From positions 2,880,001 through 2,944,000 of the forward strand of contig OZ242351.1 in assembly GCA_965208675.1 (NCBI GenBank): DNA of 64,000 bases. Direction: 5' to 3'. The notes beneath the pieces are model-generated. The model made no database searches and was not told the DNA's origin. It was given only the letters and a program-made list of their open reading frames with translations. The translations under genes were made by a program, and so were the position numbers. This document shows positions 59,114-64,000 of this stretch, piece after piece (within the stretch, counting starts at the first letter, position 1; each line of letters starts with the position of its first letter). Source of the stretch: Candidatus Poribacteria bacterium. Lineage in GTDB: Bacteria > Poribacteria > WGA-4E > PCPOR2b.

Positions 59114-59668
59114 TTGTTCCCCTTTGGAAAGCGGGAGAACGGTTTCAGTCAGTTCTGTGCTTTCAGCTTTACCCACATCGTGGTTACATGCTCTGCCGAT
59201 GGATTAACTCCCAAATAGCCTGGACCGTCATTCGGCACACCGGGGCCGGTCACGGTAAAATCATCTAACCAGATGGTATTCCGTCCATGAAATCTCAGTT
59301 TAATGGTACCCATCTGCACAGCATCATCTTCTGCGAATAAAATCACATCGCCCATCGAAAAAGTGTATTGGTTTCCTTCGCGTGCAATCCGCAACGTGTA
59401 CCAGACCTTTTCTTCGAATGCAAAGCTGTCTATTGCAGCGGTCTGTGCAATCCAGATTTCCCTCTCATCTGGATCCCATTCCAGCACCCCCCGCTCGAAG
59501 CGATCAATTGTAACATCCATAATGTTAATTTTGGGTTCCCCTGGCAGTGACCCCAATTGTTTGGACACGAAAATGTCGATGTTAAGAAGGTATTTTGAAG
59601 TTTAGGACTTAACCTATAACTGTGTTAGTGCTGCGTTGTTAATTCAAGATTAAATATCGATTGGTGTT

Positions 59669-60531
59669 CTAGTGCGCATTATACGCTGCCTCGAATTCAG
59701 CAGGTGTCCGATAGCCTAGCGCTGAATGAGGCCTTTTCTGATTATACACGACATCTAATACTGGACTAAGTTGGTTGTATGCATCCCGGAAATCCTGATA
59801 CTCGGAGTCAACCATATACTCGTCTTTGATTCTGCCAATCGTACTCTCAACGTATGGATTCTGCCACGGTCCGTCATGGAAATGCGGCACGCTATCGCTC
59901 TCAATTGCTGACAATACTTCTCAGCAATGTACTGTCCACCTCGGTCTGAATGATGGATTTGGGGACGATGCTGTCTTGCTAATGCTTTTCTCAGTGCTCC
60001 AGACAACAGGTTAACTGACATGTTTTTTGACAACTCCCAGCCTCTTATGGTTCGAGTAAAAACATCAAACAATAATGCCAGATAAGCCACTTGACCACTA
60101 GCCAGTGGAATATAGGTGATATCTGCACACCAAATCTGGTCAGGATAAGTGACCGATAAATCTTTGAGCAAATTCGGATACGCATATCGTCTGGGTTGAC
60201 TGTTGGTGGTAATCACCCGCTTTCGCCTAGGACGTACCTGAAGCCCTAGTGCGCCAACCAGACGTTGCACCCGTTTTCGGTTGACAACCAATCCTTGACG
60301 ATGCAGTTCATTTGTGATTCTGCGATACCCATAGCGGTGATTTGATAAACGTATTTGCTCGATATGCCGGCAAAGCTGAGCATCACCCTCGGCTTTGGAA
60401 TCGTAATAGAAACTGCTTCGAGACAAGCCGAGCACATTACACAGTAGGCTAATGGGAAATGCTTCGCTGCCGCGTTTCGCCAATTCCCGTTTCTGCTTTA
60501 TCGAGAGTCGAAGTAACTCAATACTTTTTTT
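59669..60531 (-). pseudogene. IS3 transposase OrfB (rve integrase core), frameshifted near 59870
   Basis: YGYRRI, WCADITY, HHSDRGGQY. After SMTD the PWQNPYVES...YNQKRPHSALGYRTP tail lies in another frame. Confidence 0.85.
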
Positions 60532-60791
60532 GAGGCAGACAGCTCCAATGTCAATTGCCCGACGAGACGCTCCAGTTCAGCGATGCGCGCATTGGAGGCG
60601 TTCTTGTGGTTCTGTTCACCCACAAAGAGATTTGCGGCGTTTTCCATGAAGTGTTGGCGCCATTTGGACAGTAAGGTATCGCTGATTTGATATTCGTTAC
60701 AAATTTCAACTGGGCGTTTCCGCCCACTGATGATATCTAGCACACATTCGAGCTTAAATTCGGGTGTAAATTGACGTCTTGTCTTCGGCAT
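60498..60791 (-). CDS. IS3 transposase OrfA (HTH)
   Basis: RRQFTPEFK, LSKWR, ARIAELERLVGQLTLE; A7G slippery site at 60524-60531. Confidence 0.9.
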   Translation of the reverse strand: MPKTRRQFTPEFKLECVLDIISGRKRPVEICNEYQISDTLLSKWRQHFMENAANLFVGEQNHKNASNARIAELERLVGQLTLELSASKKVLSYFDSR

Positions 60792-61452
60792 GATAGCCCC
60801 TTTCTGGACGGTTAATTATTATAAAATCCTTCTTAGCTCACTGTCCAGTTTTTTGGGGTCATTCCACCTTGGGGATCCCACCAAAATTGCATAATCCCGT
60901 CGTAATCCCACGTTTCTTCGTTAAATAAGGAATATTGAATAATCCAAGAACTCTCCCGTGGGACCCGGAGGTTTCTAACCATAAACTTCAGCTCGAGCGA
61001 AAAATCTTGGATTTCTCCTAATGCCCAATTCTCCATCTCATAAGATGCTCGTTCAATTATTCCTCTATAATAGAAGTGTCCACCAACAACACCCGCGCTA
61101 ACCTCGCGATTTCTTAGACCGCCCCCCAATCTCTAAGGGTTGGGTCACTGAAATCGTCTATCCACGTACCGGCGATACAAATTCGCACAAACACAAGGAG
61201 GATTCCCGCGCGAACAATCATGAATCGGAAAAAATTGATTGGCATAGAATTTCAACTCCTATCAAAAAGATTACGATTTCGTCTGTGTCATTGTTCAGGT
61301 TGTATTCACGCTAGAATCTATTAAATCCGAGAATCGGACTGCAATTAAAATCCCGTGTGTTATTAGACGCCGCCCACAACCCAATTATTACATCGTAATG
61401 TTATTTTCAAGTAGGAACGACACAACCGCTAAAATTACACACATTAATCCGG

Positions 61453-61603
61453 TAGGACTCACGCCGTTGAATGATGAGGTGTCGTAATTCGATGCTTCAT
61501 CACGAATGCAGGGCAAGATGCCCCGCCTACAATGGTTTAGAGTCAGACAATGCCCTTGGACGCCTTATGGATGGGGCAACTTCAATCTGAAGTGCGTAAG
61601 TCC
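61453..61603. repeat. ~150-bp MITE-like repeat, copy 2
   Basis: Homologous to 58786-58933 in the same orientation. Confidence 0.8.
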
Positions 61604-61941
61604 GATCTCTTATTGCATTGCTTTGCCTTTTTGTGTTCACCAATATTCGCAAAAAAGTCTATAGGTTTAAAACCGTGTTTATTCTTGAAAAATCGATTTA
61701 TTTAACCGAGCAGTAAAGGAAAGCCATTCCGCTTAGATATCTAAACCCTAATCAATACCGGCACAATGTGCAAACCACCTCTGTGGCCAATACAAAATTT
61801 GCTAATACGCAGCATTCACGTAGGTGGTAGTCTTCATCTGCAGTAGAAAATTCAATTGAAATATGGTATTATGAAAAGGCAAAGTGTCTAGACGTTTAAG
61901 GAATCGGTTCATAGGCTCTCCATTCAAAGGCACATCGTCGC

Positions 61942-62982
61942 ATGCTAGAAATTGACCCGCTTGACAAATTCCTCAAGGAAACAAAAGAGAAAATTGATGC
62001 GCATGTCTTAAATTTTCTACCTCAAGAACACGAACGCGATGAAGTGCGTCGGCTCTATGAGATGATGAAAGACTATCCGCTGCGTTCGGGCAAACGATTG
62101 CGCCCCGCAATCTGTTTGCTAATCTGCGAAGCCTTCGGCGGAAATCTAAAAAAGGCTCTCAATACTGCTGCGGCACTCGAACTTTTGCAAGATTGGCTGT
62201 TAATCCATGACGATATTGAAGACCAGTCCGATTTACGTCGCGGTCAACCGTGTCTGCATCAAAAGTATGGCGTACCGATGGCAATTAACGTCGGCGATGC
62301 CCTCCACTGCAAAATGTGGGAAATGCTCCATACGAACGCAGATTCTCTTGGCTATGAGATTGCGTTTCAGATTCTATTCGAGTTCTCACAACTCTGCAAT
62401 CAGGTTGTGGAAGGACAACATATCGAGCTAAGTTGGGTAAGCAACAACCGTTGGAACCTAACGGAAGCAGATTACTGGACTATGTGTGTGCAGAAAACAG
62501 CTTGGTATACATGTATCACCCCTTGTCGAATCGGCGCTCTCATCGCTGGTGCAACCACAGCCGAAGCCAATCAATTTAACGAGTTCGGTATGAATCTCGG
62601 AGTCGCCTTCCAAATCCAAGACGATGTACTCAATCTCGTCGGCGAAGTGGGGCGGTACGGTAAAGAGATTGCCGGCGACATCAGTGAGGGCAAACGCACG
62701 CTTGTACTCATCCACTTGTTGAGCTCATGTACAAAGACCGAGGCGCTGCGCGTAATCGAGATTATGGATAAACCTCGAGAGGATAAGACCAAAGAAGAAA
62801 TTGAAGGCGTGTTGCGCTTGATGGGGAAGTATAAGTCCATCCAATACGCACAACAACAGTCCAAAAAACTCGCGCAAAAGGCATGTACACAGTTCAATCA
62901 CCAATTTGCCCGCCTACCGGATAGTCGGGCAAAAACCCTCTTTTCGCGCCTAATTCATTTCGTCATCGAACGAGAGTATTAA
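61942..62982 (+). CDS. Polyprenyl diphosphate synthase (GGPP/FPP synthase-like)
   Basis: GKRLRP, LIHDDIED..DLRRG, GQ, KT, AFQIQDD, EGK.T. Confidence 0.93.
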   Translation: MLEIDPLDKFLKETKEKIDAHVLNFLPQEHERDEVRRLYEMMKDYPLRSGKRLRPAICLLICEAFGGNLKKALNTAAALELLQDWLLIHDDIEDQSDLRRGQPCLHQKYGVPMAINVGDALHCKMWEMLHTNADSLGYEIAFQILFEFSQLCNQVVEGQHIELSWVSNNRWNLTEADYWTMCVQKTAWYTCITPCRIGALIAGATTAEANQFNEFGMNLGVAFQIQDDVLNLVGEVGRYGKEIAGDISEGKRTLVLIHLLSSCTKTEALRVIEIMDKPREDKTKEEIEGVLRLMGKYKSIQYAQQQSKKLAQKACTQFNHQFARLPDSRAKTLFSRLIHFVIEREY

Positions 62983-63109
62983 AATTCAGGCAATAATTCA
63001 ACTCAATACTTGCCGTTTGCAATGCTCCGCATTCAAACTTCTGTTCAGGAAGGAACACATGTAATTCAAATATACTATTATTTTACTGATTCGGCAATTC
63101 ACCAGTCCG

Positions 63110-63838
63110 TTACCCGCACGCCCTTACAAATGCCTTGAACAAGTTTAGCGCATCAGGATGGCGTTCCCACATCAGCTCCGGATGGCACGCCACCCCCAAA
63201 GCAAATTTGTGCGTTGGATTTTCGACGGCTTCGATGACACCATCTTTAGAGTGTGCAGTGGCAACAAATCCATCCCCAACCTCGTTCACTGCTTGATGAT
63301 GGTACGAGTTGACTCGGGTCAACGTGCCGCCGACTATCTGTTGTAGGCGGCTCCCCTGAAGAATATCAATCGTATGCGATGCATACCAACCCGGTCCCTT
63401 CTGCATATGGCACAAAGTTGGCGGGGGCAATTCGGACGCAATATCTTGGTATATTGTTCCGCCCGCCGCAACGCTCAAAACCTGCATACCACGGCACGTT
63501 GCCAGAATCGGCAAGTTCTGATCCAACGCTTTTTGTGTCAGTTTCAGTTCCATTTCATCACGCACTCGGTCCACGTTACCAATCTTCCGGTGCGGCTCCT
63601 GCCCAAACAGCAGCGGATCTATATCGCCCCCGCCGGACAATATCAGTCCGTCAAGCAACCCGAGGTAATGGTCGATGCAACCCGAATCTTCAACGTGCGG
63701 TAATAGGAGCGGTGTCCCCCCTATATATTCAATCACGCGAGCATAGTCGCGCGCTATTAGATTGCGTTCCAAAAAATGCATTGTGCCTTCGATATTGGTT
63801 ACTGTCAAACTGCAAGTTATGCCGATAACGGAACGCAT
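63110..63838 (-). CDS. Gamma-glutamyl-gamma-aminobutyrate hydrolase family (peptidase C26)
   Basis: GLILSGGGDIDP, RDEME, TCRGMQ, VNSYHHQAV, HPE. Confidence 0.92.
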   Translation of the reverse strand: MRSVIGITCSLTVTNIEGTMHFLERNLIARDYARVIEYIGGTPLLLPHVEDSGCIDHYLGLLDGLILSGGGDIDPLLFGQEPHRKIGNVDRVRDEMELKLTQKALDQNLPILATCRGMQVLSVAAGGTIYQDIASELPPPTLCHMQKGPGWYASHTIDILQGSRLQQIVGGTLTRVNSYHHQAVNEVGDGFVATAHSKDGVIEAVENPTHKFALGVACHPELMWERHPDALNLFKAFVRACG

Positions 63839-63916
63839 TTTTAATTCCTCTGTATTGACATCAGGAATCAAGTTAAATGGAATATCTAGGACATCAGTAA
63901 GGAGGATGTTGAAACC

Positions 63917-64000
63917 GTGTTAATCATACCCGCAATCGATCTCCGAAACGGAAAATGTGTCAATTTGTTACAAGGACGCCCCGAGGAGGAAACAATTTTT
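63917..64000 (+). CDS. hisA: HisA isomerase, 5' portion (truncated by window end)
   Basis: AAGGAGG upstream; translates [28 protein letters not shown]. Confidence 0.85.
   Translation, partial: MLIIPAIDLRNGKCVNLLQGRPEEETIF

Larger units (their letters stand above)
59543..60866 (-). mobile_element. IS3-family insertion sequence (1324 bp)
   Basis: Imperfect IRs TGGAATGACCCCAAAAAACTGGACA / GGCAGTGACCCCAATTGTTTGGACA; 3-bp CCT duplication (59540-59542, 60867-60869); orfA plus orfB. Confidence 0.92.
59149..61245 (-). pseudogene. Secreted beta-rich protein gene interrupted by an IS3 element and by a frameshift in a G6 run (61122-61127)
   Basis: AGGAG RBS, signal peptide, GTWIDDFSD. Removing the IS plus one CCT restores ...WWDPQ-G-EPKINIM...; C-terminal VNPSAEHVTTMWVKLK. 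Confidence 0.8.

Noticed and set aside
59149-59568. ORFs 59149-59568 and 60833-61129 as independent genes
   Set aside because: They are halves of one gene split by the IS; their listed start and stop lie within the IS ends.
45738-64000. hisG, hisB and hisA scattered and on different strands
   Set aside because: Dispersed his genes are common outside enterobacteria and Firmicutes.

Overview
Gene-dense chromosomal window from a bacterium. Candidatus Poribacteria is likely, inferred from a WD40 protein with a GLPxGAIARLGKG N-terminus, a ...TTMWVKLK C-terminal motif, many enolase/amidohydrolase catabolic genes and an orphan microcompartment aldehyde dehydrogenase. Housekeeping content: aroK-aroB-aroQ-efp-accB-accC, tsaB, scattered hisG/hisB/hisA, tRNA-Leu(CAG), a polyprenyl synthase and an alpha-2-macroglobulin/pbpC pair. 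An IS3-family element (59543-60866, CCT target duplication) interrupts a secreted-protein gene, and several REP/MITE-like repeat families fill the intergenic spaces. Most notable: (1) an ECF sigma factor followed by a soluble protein with a putative anti-sigma N-terminus and two FHA domains, then a TPR-zincin peptidase and a CvpA-like gene, a candidate phosphothreonine-sensing ECF system; (2) a DUF4159-like gene under a sigma54-type promoter, split by one in-frame TGA (selenocysteine/readthrough or nonsense); (3) three apparent pseudo-enzymes (two HtrA/DegP proteins and one AAA+ ATPase). All calls are from reading the sequence and ORF track by eye; no database search was run.
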